Positions 7,727 to 16,931 of a stretch of DNA of 55,003 nucleotides are shown here, one piece after another. A program made the translations under genes and the position numbers. Each line of letters opens with the position of its first letter. The stretch's first letter is position 1. Origin of the DNA: a virus. Lineage: Duplodnaviria > Caudoviricetes. The stretch covers positions 1-55,003 of IMG/VR virus record IMGVR_UViG_3300049489_001135, one strand, 5' to 3'. The notes under the pieces are model-generated. The model was not told the origin of the DNA and made no database searches. It saw nothing but the letters and a program-made list of their open reading frames with translations.

Positions 7727-7837
7727 AAAATTTGCACTTAACCTTAAGCCTTTAAATGCGAAAAATACTAAAGTGTAGACCTTAAACATACTTTGTGCAA
7801 TCTTTAGACAACGTACTGCAATAAAACGTTTTAAAGT

Positions 7838-7853
7838 TGGCCGTACTATTGCA
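7838..7853 (+). promoter_or_regulatory. sigma54-type motif
   Basis: TGGCCGTACTATTGCA in intergenic DNA. Confidence 0.5.
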
Positions 7854-7966
7854 ATACATATCAGAGTAGTGCGCTTAAAAATGGCACGTAAAATTCTGAT
7901 GCGTATTATTTTGCAACATATATCAGGCTGGGAATTTTAAATTTGAAAATTGGTTTTTGAAAAATC

Positions 7967-8051
7967 GGTCTGGACTTTTGAAATTATATTTTGGAAACGA
8001 AAATGCAAATCAAAAATCGGAATTTAAAAATTTGGTCTGGACTTTTGAAAT
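7967..8051 (+). repeat. 18-bp direct repeat in A/T-tract-rich DNA
   Basis: GGTCTGGACTTTTGAAAT at 7967-7984 and 8034-8051. Confidence 0.85.
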
Positions 8052-8116
8052 ATTTTTTTGCAATTCAATTTCAGAAATTCTACAGTAATTACGCATATTT
8101 ACGAAAGGCGGCTGCT

Positions 8117-8578
8117 ATGATAATGTCCACATTGCTCTGTCTCATGCTCACAAACTGCGCAGAAAAAATTCCTCGAACATTTCAAGTGCCCGATAGCGTA
8201 CTACCACATATTTTAGAGTTTGAATTGCAAGCGGCGTTGCACGGTAAGCCAATACATATTACTGATTTGATTGTAAAATTAAAGCCGGAGTTGAGCAATG
8301 ATGCTGCAGTTGGCATGTGCTATTATGGCACAAGTAAAGAGCCACCTGAAATACATTTTTTGCAGTGGTATTGGAATTTAGCAAATGATGCTCATAGAGA
8401 AAATTTAGTGTTTCACGAGTTAGGGCATTGTGTGCTGAATAGAGACCATGTTAATCGCATAAATTTAGATGGTGTGCCGGAAAGTATTATGAATTATTCT
8501 CTCATGGAGCCGTATCAATATGAGATGAATCGAGCTATTTTGTTGCAAGAATTGTTTAATGATGTTAATCTACATTAA
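8117..8578 (+). CDS. lipoprotein zinc metallopeptidase (metzincin-like)
   Basis: Lipobox-like LTNC; HELGHCVLNRDH (HExxHxxxxxxH); SIM Met-turn. Confidence 0.8.
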   Translation: MIMSTLLCLMLTNCAEKIPRTFQVPDSVLPHILEFELQAALHGKPIHITDLIVKLKPELSNDAAVGMCYYGTSKEPPEIHFLQWYWNLANDAHRENLVFHELGHCVLNRDHVNRINLDGVPESIMNYSLMEPYQYEMNRAILLQELFNDVNLH

Positions 8579-8597
8579 GATTTAAAAAGGAGAATTT

Positions 8598-9128
8598 ATG
8601 CAAGAAACTATAGTGCGAATGCTAGGAATTATTTCAGTGGTTACTGTAGCATTAATTATGCTTATGCTACTTACTGCATGCGGTAGTAAGCCGAAAGTTA
8701 GTAACCAGGATGAACAAATTAAGCAGTTACAACGACAATTGCAGCAGCAAATAGTTTTGGGCCAGGAGCAGGCAGAGTTATTGCAGGAAATTTTAGCAGC
8801 GGATGCGGGGACGCAGGCACAGCTTGTTTATGTAACCCAAGCGCTAAATGTTGTTCAAGGAAACGTGAACTCATTGCTTCTTCAGGTAGCTGAATTGCAA
8901 GATTATAGTAACATTGTTGAAATGATAGACCCTTGTGGTGATAATATTAACAAGATTGATGAAGTCTTGTTGGCATTAAGCAGTGGCGAAATTTTGGCTA
9001 GCTTTTCAGACAATGCTAATGGCTTGAATACTAGATTTGGTTTGTTAAAAGCTGGTAATTATGTTACAACTGATGGGACAAATTGTCATTTTCAAGTGCT
9101 GTCTAATGGCAATGTGGTTTGGAACTAA
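8598..9128 (+). CDS. coiled-coil lipoprotein
   Basis: RBS AGGAG; lipobox LTAC; Gln-rich coil; C-terminal PCGD...TTDGTNC domain. Confidence 0.75.
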   Translation: MQETIVRMLGIISVVTVALIMLMLLTACGSKPKVSNQDEQIKQLQRQLQQQIVLGQEQAELLQEILAADAGTQAQLVYVTQALNVVQGNVNSLLLQVAELQDYSNIVEMIDPCGDNINKIDEVLLALSSGEILASFSDNANGLNTRFGLLKAGNYVTTDGTNCHFQVLSNGNVVWN

Positions 9129-9137
9129 GGAGTAAAT

Positions 9138-9371
9138 ATGAATGCAAAAGAAGCAAATAATTTGGCAAAACAAGGTGATTTTGGAAATCAATTACTTAGT
9201 GCTATTAGCGACATTAAAGAAGCTGCTAAAGAAGGTTCGTTTAGGGTGCTATTAAATTCTAATTCATATACAAGTGAGGCACTACGTTTAGAACTAATTA
9301 AATTAGGGTATTTTGTAAGATTTGGTTCAGATAATACTTTGATTGTAAGTTGGGCAGATGTTAAGGATTAA
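9138..9371 (+). CDS. hypothetical protein
   Basis: RBS AAGGAG. Confidence 0.7.
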   Translation: MNAKEANNLAKQGDFGNQLLSAISDIKEAAKEGSFRVLLNSNSYTSEALRLELIKLGYFVRFGSDNTLIVSWADVKD

Positions 9372-9777
9372 ATTGTCGTTTTCGGCAATTGGGACGTTTA
9401 ATGGTAGGCCGATTGTTTGTGTCTATATGTGACCAATTTTTCGTAGCGGTAGGTTGTTCTTGCCACAAATTAAGCTTTTCAAGTAAGTCTTGTTGAGGGT
9501 CTAAAGAAAGCCACGCATCAATAGCACCATCAGGGTCAGCAAAATCACAAGCTTTGCACACCATATGAGCGGATTTTTTAGCACCATTTGCGGCTGCATT
9601 TTGGGCCGGGCTTCTATACCCGCTAGAAACTTTAAAAGGCTTGCCACCAGCTTTTAGATACGCAGTCTCAAGGTCAAATAACGCTGCATGTAAGGCTTTA
9701 AGATTGGCCTTTTGGTCTGCAGGTAATTCATCATATTTTATACGCCCCATGAGGATAGCGTCTATTGTCAAGGCCAT
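9361..9777 (-). CDS. peptidase M15 family zinc peptidase (candidate endolysin)
   Basis: SSGYRS...N...GAKKSAH...ACD...WSHID. Confidence 0.85.
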   Translation of the reverse strand: MALTIDAILMGRIKYDELPADQKANLKALHAALFDLETAYLKAGGKPFKVSSGYRSPAQNAAANGAKKSAHMVCKACDFADPDGAIDAWLSLDPQQDLLEKLNLWQEQPTATKNWSHIDTNNRPTIKRPNCRKRQFNP

Positions 9778-9781
9778 GGTA

Positions 9782-9820
9782 TGGCTATTTGTTTGCAATT
9801 TTTGTAGCTTATGATATGCT
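9782..9820 (+). promoter_or_regulatory. sigma70-type promoter overlapped by a sigma54-like motif
   Basis: TTGCAA-16 bp-TATGCT with extended TG; TGGCTATTTGTTTGCA at 9782-9797. Confidence 0.5.
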
Positions 9821-9826
9821 GGTGAT

Positions 9827-9997
9827 ATGAGTAATATTAGGCAGATAAATGTAGCACGCGAATTAAAACGGCAGAAAAAACGTCGCGAATTTACGCGCAG
9901 GATTTTTTGGTGGTTAATTGCTTTTGCTATTGCATTTTTTGCTGCTAAACACGTTGCAAATACAAATCAAAATAGTTCAACAATTACAAGTAGTTAG
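9827..9997 (+). CDS. 56-aa membrane protein, possibly leaderless (absent from the ORF track)
   Basis: Basic N-terminus then IFWWLIAFAIAFFAA; ATG lies 7 nt after the -10 box. Confidence 0.55.
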   Translation: MSNIRQINVARELKRQKKRREFTRRIFWWLIAFAIAFFAAKHVANTNQNSSTITSS

Positions 9998-10005
9998 GAG
10001 ATGCC

Positions 10006-10782
10006 GTGCCAAATGATTTACTAAACACAGACCCAGAATATGGACTACCACACTATTTAGGAAAAAATGGTGTTTATGATGGCGGAGACTGTTGTGCAAA
10101 TACATTTAGTGTAAATTATGCTAATGTAGTTACTTATGGAGAAGAATTGTTTCCAGCAGCATTTTTTCTGTTGACTACTGCAGATGGTTGGCCAGTTCGT
10201 AGCCCGGATTCTAGTAAGTGGTATGGGCGGCGTAAAAGATGCTCTCGGGACCAACTTACGCCATATTTATGCTATGCTGCTATTACAGATGATAAATATT
10301 TTTATAGTTTGCTAGGAGCTATGACAAAACATGCTTTCTGCCTTGCTAATAACTCCATACGAAATTTTGTATATGAAGATGAGCAAGAACACTTGCAAAA
10401 AAGCACACCAGACGTGAAGTGGCGCCCAAAATGGAAGCTTCCCGATTTACTCGGACCTGATATTTGGCAGATTTGGGCACGCGGATTAATACTTAGAAAT
10501 AAGGCATGGAATATTTTACGGCCCATAGTTTGGCTTGGTGATTTACAAAATTTTTTGGCAGTGTTGCCATACGTTTTTAAGCCGAGAGTAGGCATAACCG
10601 ATGAGAGAAATTTGGCATTAAAAGTTCATTTTGCAGCCAATTTTGCACCCACAATATTATCCAAATATACCTACAAATTGTACCAAAGCACAAAGCCGCA
10701 GGAAGCATTTACAAAATTTTGGACGCAGCCAGGAGAGCCCGCAGTTCACATTTTTATGAACAGGCTTTATAGCAAGGATTAG
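10006..10782 (+). CDS. hypothetical protein
   Basis: RBS AGGAG; 258 aa. Confidence 0.75.
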   Translation: MPNDLLNTDPEYGLPHYLGKNGVYDGGDCCANTFSVNYANVVTYGEELFPAAFFLLTTADGWPVRSPDSSKWYGRRKRCSRDQLTPYLCYAAITDDKYFYSLLGAMTKHAFCLANNSIRNFVYEDEQEHLQKSTPDVKWRPKWKLPDLLGPDIWQIWARGLILRNKAWNILRPIVWLGDLQNFLAVLPYVFKPRVGITDERNLALKVHFAANFAPTILSKYTYKLYQSTKPQEAFTKFWTQPGEPAVHIFMNRLYSKD

Positions 10783-10870
10783 CAACGATTTTAAAAAGCC
10801 GAGTGATTACAGATGGTTAGACAATACCGGGCTTAAAATAGCACCAAAACAGAGAAAAAGGACCAAAAAA

Positions 10871-11098
10871 TTGACGACCAAAATTTTAATATCAGACCTT
10901 GAGCAGGCTATAAAGTATCTTAAAACTCGTTCTACGGCCTATACAGTGCACGTAAAGTGCGAGGACGTGGAAATGACTATTAGCACGGTGGACGCAGCAG
11001 GGCAAGCATTGCAGATTCGCCTGTTTGATGCAGATAAAAGCCAATCTAAGGCTAAAGTAGTGGTAACTGAGACTTTAGATTCTTTATGCAAGAAGTAG
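10871..11098 (+). CDS. hypothetical protein
   Basis: RBS AAGGA, TTG start. Confidence 0.65.
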   Translation: MTTKILISDLEQAIKYLKTRSTAYTVHVKCEDVEMTISTVDAAGQALQIRLFDADKSQSKAKVVVTETLDSLCKK

Positions 11099-11104
11099 GA
11101 TAAC

Positions 11105-11338
11105 TTGGGCAAAGTAGTGTTTCTTTCTGAGACAAAATTGCAAATAAGATTGCGTTGTTTGGCTTGCGGCCTTATCATGAGAAAGCAGGCTGTAAGCAGG
11201 TATCATTGGTGCAGGTGTGATAGATGTAGCAGTGAGTACGTTACGACTTGTTTGCAGTTGAAAGTAATTGATGGGCAGAGGGTATTAGCAGCTAATCCAA
11301 AAGGGAAACTTTCGATAGCGCGGTTTGAAAAAGCCTAA
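11105..11338 (+). CDS. zinc-ribbon protein
   Basis: CLAC...CDRC. Confidence 0.6.
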   Translation: MGKVVFLSETKLQIRLRCLACGLIMRKQAVSRYHWCRCDRCSSEYVTTCLQLKVIDGQRVLAANPKGKLSIARFEKA

Positions 11339-11385
11339 TGATTGCAAGTAGTTAGCTATGGCCGGGCTTAAAAAAGGAGAAAAAT

Positions 11386-11637
11386 ATGTTAATATCAGCT
11401 TTATTCGTCGGTCTCTGCCTAGGATTTAGTGCCTACCACCTGTTTGTTGCTCGCTATATTTTGCAACAAGGTATGTCAATTGGTATGCAATACGCTGCTA
11501 AAGATTTGCTAGAATTTATGCATTCTTTAGAATCTAATGATAAAGCGTATTTAGAAGACTTGATGCAAAATTTTAGCTATAATCGCAAACTGCGTGAATC
11601 GTTGGCCAGAGTTAGGCAAAGTAAAGGCAAGGAGTAG
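11386..11637 (+). CDS. membrane-anchored hypothetical protein
   Basis: RBS AAGGAG; hydrophobic N-terminus. Confidence 0.7.
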   Translation: MLISALFVGLCLGFSAYHLFVARYILQQGMSIGMQYAAKDLLEFMHSLESNDKAYLEDLMQNFSYNRKLRESLARVRQSKGKE

Positions 11638-11639
11638 GT

Positions 11640-11891
11640 ATGCATTATGCTGTAACATGTTGGGTGACTTTTGCAGTAATTTGGCAAGGTAAACCTAATA
11701 CTGCAAATTATGAGCTTAAGGGTTATGAAGTAAAAGAAATAAACTCTTCTTATAGCTTGGTAGATTTTACGGCAGCTATGAAGGCTACTGGTTTGCAGTA
11801 TACCGGCAATACTGTGCGACCAATAAACATGACACTTTGTAAATACACAAATCCTGAAAATATAAAGTTTTTTAATTCTAGAGGCAAATAG
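11640..11891 (+). CDS. hypothetical protein
   Basis: RBS AGGAG. Confidence 0.65.
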   Translation: MHYAVTCWVTFAVIWQGKPNTANYELKGYEVKEINSSYSLVDFTAAMKATGLQYTGNTVRPINMTLCKYTNPENIKFFNSRGK

Positions 11892-12618
11892 ACTACTAAA
11901 TTTAGTAGACCTTGCTAGCAAACAGTAACTCATTTTAGCCATTTTTGGCAAATTGTACATTATAAGTTACTGTTTTGGCGGTGTTTTTGCCTATTTTCGG
12001 CAGGAAGTGGGCTTTTTTGTGCCGTTTTCTAGCAGTATTACTGCGTTGGCGGCAAATTTTGAGCACCAAATTCCTGCGTAAGTAATTACCTTAGCAAATT
12101 TTGTACATACTTCTTGCCTGATTCCGCACAAAGTAGCTCGGAAACTTTGTTTAAAGCTTGACAAGCAGGCTAACGTATGTATATAGTATGATATGGCTCT
12201 GCTAAGGAGAAGGCAGAGGTGTAACTAAGAATAAGACATAAAAAAAACTTATGGCTGGTATAAATCGCTAAGTATCAGTACCCTGGTAAACACCAGCAAA
12301 GTTCACTACTTACAAAGGCGCTAAAAAAAACATAAAAACTTTTCATATGTTTTTCCAGCCAAAAAATACTTGTACCCCCCTGTTTCGCATAGTTTTGCTT
12401 ATACTTCCATAAGTTTTGCTTATAGTAGAGCTTGATTCTTTAAAATATTTAATATTTCACATTCCAATTTTGAATACCATAAATAGGGTAATACCAACCA
12501 CAATTAGGGTAATATAGACCTTTTATTGCCCTATTTAGGCAAAAAGTTATAGCAACTGGGGAAAATAAAAAAAGAATTTGCTTGCCTATTTCCTGCCTCT
12601 AATATACTCTTAAAGCAT
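11892..12618. other. long non-coding region; candidate replication origin/control region
   Basis: Directly upstream of helicase and primase; AGTTTTGCTTATA x2 (12391, 12412) and TAGGGTAATA x2 (12484, 12505); TTGACA-18 bp-TATAGT at 12158-12187. Confidence 0.45.
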
Positions 12619-14139
12619 ATGAAAACTGGATTTCCTTTCTACTATGTAGGCGAATTGGCCGCATATTATGACGCTAGACGTGGCGGCAAGCTTATGCAAT
12701 TAGCTGCAGCTGCTAAACGTTTATCTCAATATATGCCGGACGAATATGGGACCGACTTATCTGCCAGGATTGCACTGGAACAAGCAGCCTTAGTGCCGAT
12801 AACCATGGCTCAAGTTTCTGAGTTAAAGCGCAAAACTTCTGGCGAGCTAGACTGGCAGCAAGTATATGAAGAAATGCAAAGTATGTTTCCTTTTTATAGC
12901 CATTTAAATGCAAACGGTGAGCGCCAAATTTATTTTGCAAATGCACTAAATGAATTAACACCAGTATCTTATAAAGATGATGACTCACTGATTAACAGCA
13001 TTATGTATAACAAAGAAATTTGGACTAATATTAGCAAGTTTTACACAAACACAGAGCTACTAGCTGGACATCGTTCAAAAGTAGACCTACGTACATTTTT
13101 AATTCGTATTATTAAATGCCATTTGTTGCTCGATAGAGAACATTGTATATTTGAACAACCGAAGCGTTTTTCTTGGAAGCCCGAAGAATTGGCATTTAAA
13201 AAGTTTGACCCAAGCGTGCTAAAAGATGGCCCTACTCCTACCTGGGATGAATTTTTAAATCGACTTGATTATCCAGAAGTATTTAAGGCATGGGTTTGGT
13301 CCGTTTTTGACCCAGATAATAACATTAGACAAGTTATGTGGTTAACTGGCTCTGGAAATGATGGAAAATCTGCTATTCAAAAAGCATTACTAGAAATTTT
13401 TGGGCGAGATAACTCTGCGGCCTGCCAAAAAGGCGATGAATTTGCTAAATGGTTTGGTAAAAAAGTGTACGGTAAAGGATTTGTAACGTACGCTGACTGC
13501 GACAATATTCACCTACTAAACTCTCAGGCTATTAAGCAGTTGACCGGCGGCGATATTACCAGCATTGAAGCTAAAGGAGTTGACAGCTTTAGTGCAGAGA
13601 TTTATGCAAAGCTGCTTATTAGCTCCAACATGCCACCAAGAATTAACCCAGAACTTGAGGCACATACTAGCCGACTAATTCGCCTAAAAGTGGCACCCAT
13701 TGCTGCAGGGCAACCTAAAGATGAGCAATTTAAAACTAGATTGATTGCTGAAGGGTATGCGTTTTTGTGCAAATGCCGCGAAGCCTACGACAAGTATATT
13801 AATAATGGTCAAGATGCGCTCATATTGCCAGAAGAACTGACTAAGGGCATTATCGATGAGTGTGCTAATGAAACTTACTATTTACTGCTTGAATTTGTCG
13901 ATAAATACATTGAGTTTGGAGAAAATTACTATTGCAAACCTTCTGCATTATCTCCAAAACTAAAAGAATTTTTAACCTTAGAAAATTATATAGCAGCAGA
14001 TAAAGCACGTTATTTTATGAGCGATTTTGATGCTAAACTTGGACTTAAAGGCGTAAAGCTTTCTAGAGTTGAAGTTGGTAGAAACAAATTTACTGCCTAT
14101 GTAGGCTTTAGATTTAAAGATTCAAAGGACTCTTTATGA
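12619..14139 (+). CDS. SF3 (D5/P4-like) DNA helicase
   Basis: Walker A GSGNDGKS; IKQLTGGD, AKLLISSN motifs. Confidence 0.85.
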   Translation: MKTGFPFYYVGELAAYYDARRGGKLMQLAAAAKRLSQYMPDEYGTDLSARIALEQAALVPITMAQVSELKRKTSGELDWQQVYEEMQSMFPFYSHLNANGERQIYFANALNELTPVSYKDDDSLINSIMYNKEIWTNISKFYTNTELLAGHRSKVDLRTFLIRIIKCHLLLDREHCIFEQPKRFSWKPEELAFKKFDPSVLKDGPTPTWDEFLNRLDYPEVFKAWVWSVFDPDNNIRQVMWLTGSGNDGKSAIQKALLEIFGRDNSAACQKGDEFAKWFGKKVYGKGFVTYADCDNIHLLNSQAIKQLTGGDITSIEAKGVDSFSAEIYAKLLISSNMPPRINPELEAHTSRLIRLKVAPIAAGQPKDEQFKTRLIAEGYAFLCKCREAYDKYINNGQDALILPEELTKGIIDECANETYYLLLEFVDKYIEFGENYYCKPSALSPKLKEFLTLENYIAADKARYFMSDFDAKLGLKGVKLSRVEVGRNKFTAYVGFRFKDSKDSL

Positions 14140-14903
14140 CACGAGATAAGTTTTTTAGCACGCTATTTGAACCTGGAGAACTTACTTGCTACGCGCATAA
14201 TATTTATGAAACGGAATTATATGAATTTCCTATAGATGAAGATGTGTTTTTTAGCATTAATCCTATGCATACTAAGCGCCTTGATTCTAATGTTACGTGC
14301 TATAGAAACATTCTTTTAGAACTAGATAATATGCCACTTGAACAGCAAATAGCGTATATACAGCAAAAATTGCCTGTAACTTCTATAGTATACAGTGGCG
14401 GTAAAAGCTATCATTTTATTATATCACTAGCAGACCCTTGTAACACCAAAGAAGAATACGACAATTTAGTAGCGCGAATTCATGCTTACATTCCTGAAAT
14501 TGATAAGGCAACTAAAAATCCTTCGCGTTTTTCCCGCATCCCCGGTGCTACACGCCCAGACACTCAAAAAACTCAAGAACTGATATTTTTAGGCACCAAA
14601 GTAACCAAATTTGAGCTATATAACGTGCTACCTGAAGTAAAACAATCTAAGCCCCAGAGTGTGCAACCTGAAGGCTTTTTTAGCTCGCTAATTGTAGACG
14701 CAATGTTTAAACCTGACTCTGTAATGCAGAAAGTCGGTTTAAGCGGTCGCAATCAATTTTTCTTTTGGCTAGGACAACGGCTGAAAGAAGGAAATGCAAA
14801 CACAGAACAAAAGCTAAAAATCATTGAACAAACTTATAACAATTTAAAAAATAAAGCTGATTTTAAGTTGACAGAAGCAAAACAAGCTGCGAGGATTAAA
14901 TAA
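14136..14903 (+). CDS. AEP-superfamily DNA primase
   Basis: LLELD, SGGKSYH, DKATKNPSRFSRIPG; C-terminal GRN PriCT-like region. Confidence 0.75.
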   Translation: MTRDKFFSTLFEPGELTCYAHNIYETELYEFPIDEDVFFSINPMHTKRLDSNVTCYRNILLELDNMPLEQQIAYIQQKLPVTSIVYSGGKSYHFIISLADPCNTKEEYDNLVARIHAYIPEIDKATKNPSRFSRIPGATRPDTQKTQELIFLGTKVTKFELYNVLPEVKQSKPQSVQPEGFFSSLIVDAMFKPDSVMQKVGLSGRNQFFFWLGQRLKEGNANTEQKLKIIEQTYNNLKNKADFKLTEAKQAARIK

Positions 14904-15172
14904 TGCCAAATAGAACAATATGCTCAATTATTGAAGAATGCCGAAGCTGCACAAAAACTGGAAATTATTCCTACTTGCCTGGCCTACTTGAAGAAATTCA
15001 AAGTGCCGCTAACCGCATGGAAGCAGCTCTTTGGGACCAAAAAGATTTAGAGCGCTTACGAGAAAAACGTAAAGAACTTGAGGCAGAAATTAAACAACTT
15101 AAAAAAGAAAAACAGGTATTAGCACCAGACGAAGATGAGCCTAAGATTGTAGGGCCTTTTGACACTTTCTAA
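14903..15172 (+). CDS. hypothetical coiled-coil protein
   Basis: Coupled by TAATG overlap. Confidence 0.7.
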   Translation: MPNRTICSIIEECRSCTKTGNYSYLPGLLEEIQSAANRMEAALWDQKDLERLREKRKELEAEIKQLKKEKQVLAPDEDEPKIVGPFDTF

Positions 15173-15956
15173 GGGCATAAATATTTGTAGCAACGCAGCA
15201 TACCATGCTGATAGAGAATATCTTAGTAGTTCTAAGCTAAAAACTATTCTTGAAAGCGTTGAAAAGTTTAAAACAGAATTAGACAATCCTTCCCCCGCTG
15301 CTACAGGTGCCCACCTAGATTTAGGCACATACGTCCATTCTTTATTGCTAGAACCTGAATTAGTAGCTACAGAATATGCAGTATTTCCTGGCTTTCGTCG
15401 TGCAGGAAAAGATTTTGAGATATTTAAAGCACAAAATTCTGGCAAAAATATTATTAGTTTATCTATGCAAAATACTGGGCAACGCTTAGCAGCAAGTACT
15501 AAGGCGTGCCCTGCGGCACTTGACTTGCTAAAAGGTGGACAAGCAGAGTTATCTATAGCAGATGAAGTATATGGGGTAAAGTGTAAGGCACGGTTTGATT
15601 ATATTAATGTCGATAGAAGTTTTTTGCTTGATGTAAAGACCAGTAGAGACAGTGCAGGTAAAGAATACTTTAAAGATACAATTAAGCAATATAAATATGA
15701 CCTTTCTGCTGCACTTTACTTGCAAATTGCTGAGCAATATTATGGTAAAAAATTTGATTTCTATTGGTTGGTCATTAGTAAAAGTGAGATAGAAACCAGA
15801 GTTTACAAAGCATCTGAGCGCACTTTGAAGCAAGGACATGACATGGTAAAGCAAGCTCTAGAAAAATATAGGTTGTGTGTTGAGACTGGTATTTGGCTTG
15901 ATACTGTAGCAGAAAAGAAAGAAAAAGAAATACAAAACGAAATCGAGGAAATTTAA
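15159..15956 (+). CDS. RecE/exonuclease VIII-like PD-(D/E)XK nuclease (DUF3799-like)
   Basis: YHAD..LSSSKLK, GTYVHSLLLEP, KARFD...DVKT, Y.YDLSAALY. Confidence 0.85.
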   Translation: MTLSKGINICSNAAYHADREYLSSSKLKTILESVEKFKTELDNPSPAATGAHLDLGTYVHSLLLEPELVATEYAVFPGFRRAGKDFEIFKAQNSGKNIISLSMQNTGQRLAASTKACPAALDLLKGGQAELSIADEVYGVKCKARFDYINVDRSFLLDVKTSRDSAGKEYFKDTIKQYKYDLSAALYLQIAEQYYGKKFDFYWLVISKSEIETRVYKASERTLKQGHDMVKQALEKYRLCVETGIWLDTVAEKKEKEIQNEIEEI

Positions 15957-15957
15957 T

Positions 15958-16155
15958 ATGCTAATTAAATTATTTTTTAAAAATCTAATTGAAATATTTA
16001 TTTTTTTAGTAATAGTTGGGATAATTGTTACACCAATAGTTGGATTAATTATTTTTTGTATGGAATCATTAGGTTGGCAGTATGCAATACTTGTTGGATT
16101 TTTTAGTTTTACAATATTAGGTACTTTTTATGATTATTTAACTAATGGAGTATAA
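15958..16155 (+). CDS. two-TM membrane protein
   Basis: Almost wholly hydrophobic. Confidence 0.65.
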   Translation: MLIKLFFKNLIEIFIFLVIVGIIVTPIVGLIIFCMESLGWQYAILVGFFSFTILGTFYDYLTNGV

Positions 16156-16393
16156 CATGAAATTACACACTTTTTACATGCACAAAGATGCCATGGACAT
16201 TTGTTTATACACAAATAAGATTTCCGACTTGGGCAATAAATTACTGCTACATGTTGCATGGTATAATCTGGGGTATAATGGCTTTCCTTGGCTTATTCAA
16301 GAAGAATATATAACCTTAAAAAATACAGAAAATTGGGTTGACATATCTGATAAATTTATGCATACTAGACTTAAATCAGGATTACCACAATAG
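16145..16393 (+). CDS. hypothetical protein
   Basis: Packed ORF. Confidence 0.6.
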   Translation: MEYNMKLHTFYMHKDAMDICLYTNKISDLGNKLLLHVAWYNLGYNGFPWLIQEEYITLKNTENWVDISDKFMHTRLKSGLPQ

Positions 16394-16400
16394 GAGATAT

Positions 16401-16931
16401 ATGAGCGGCAAAAAATTTGACCAAGAAAAACCAGATATGAGTTTACTAAGCCCATTTGCTTTAGAAGAAATTGCTAAAGTAATGACATATGGTAAACAAA
16501 AATATGGTGCCAATAATTGGCGGTCAGGTTTAGCGTTTTCTCGGCTTATTGCTGCTGTATTACGGCATGTAAATGCATACCAAAAAGGTGAAATGGTTGA
16601 CCCTGAGACAGGCCTATCTCATCTTGCTCATGCAAGTTGCGGTCTTTTTATGATGTTAGAATTTGAAGCAACGTGTCCAGCATTAAATGACCTTTATCAT
16701 TGCAATAAAAATGGTATTAGAGAAATGTATGAAGAACAATTAGAAGAAATGGAAAAAGGTATTAAAAATATTATGAATGAATTAAGTGTTCCAAAAATTG
16801 TTGTAGAATCTGAGCAACTAGAACTACCAATAGACCCTTGGCCAAATGTAGAATTTACAGAGCAAGACAGTATGCCTAAATGTCCAGTAGTTGACACTTA
16901 TAAACAATATACACCAAAGATGCAGCCATGA
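16401..16931 (+). CDS. dATP/dGTP diphosphohydrolase domain protein (DUF5664)
   Basis: GKKFDQEKP, VMTYGKQKYGANNW, LRH, DPETGLSHLAHA; start after AGGAG. Confidence 0.85.
   Translation: MSGKKFDQEKPDMSLLSPFALEEIAKVMTYGKQKYGANNWRSGLAFSRLIAAVLRHVNAYQKGEMVDPETGLSHLAHASCGLFMMLEFEATCPALNDLYHCNKNGIREMYEEQLEEMEKGIKNIMNELSVPKIVVESEQLELPIDPWPNVEFTEQDSMPKCPVVDTYKQYTPKMQP

Noticed and set aside
7991-8116. N-terminal extension of the metallopeptidase from the TTG at 7991
   Set aside because: Runs through the repeat/A-tract segment; a start at 8117 or 8123 gives a proper lipoprotein signal
16401-16931. Z-base (2-aminoadenine) or 7-deazaguanine genome modification suggested by DUF5664
   Set aside because: No PurZ, DpdA or Que-like genes seen; the domain is common in unmodified phages
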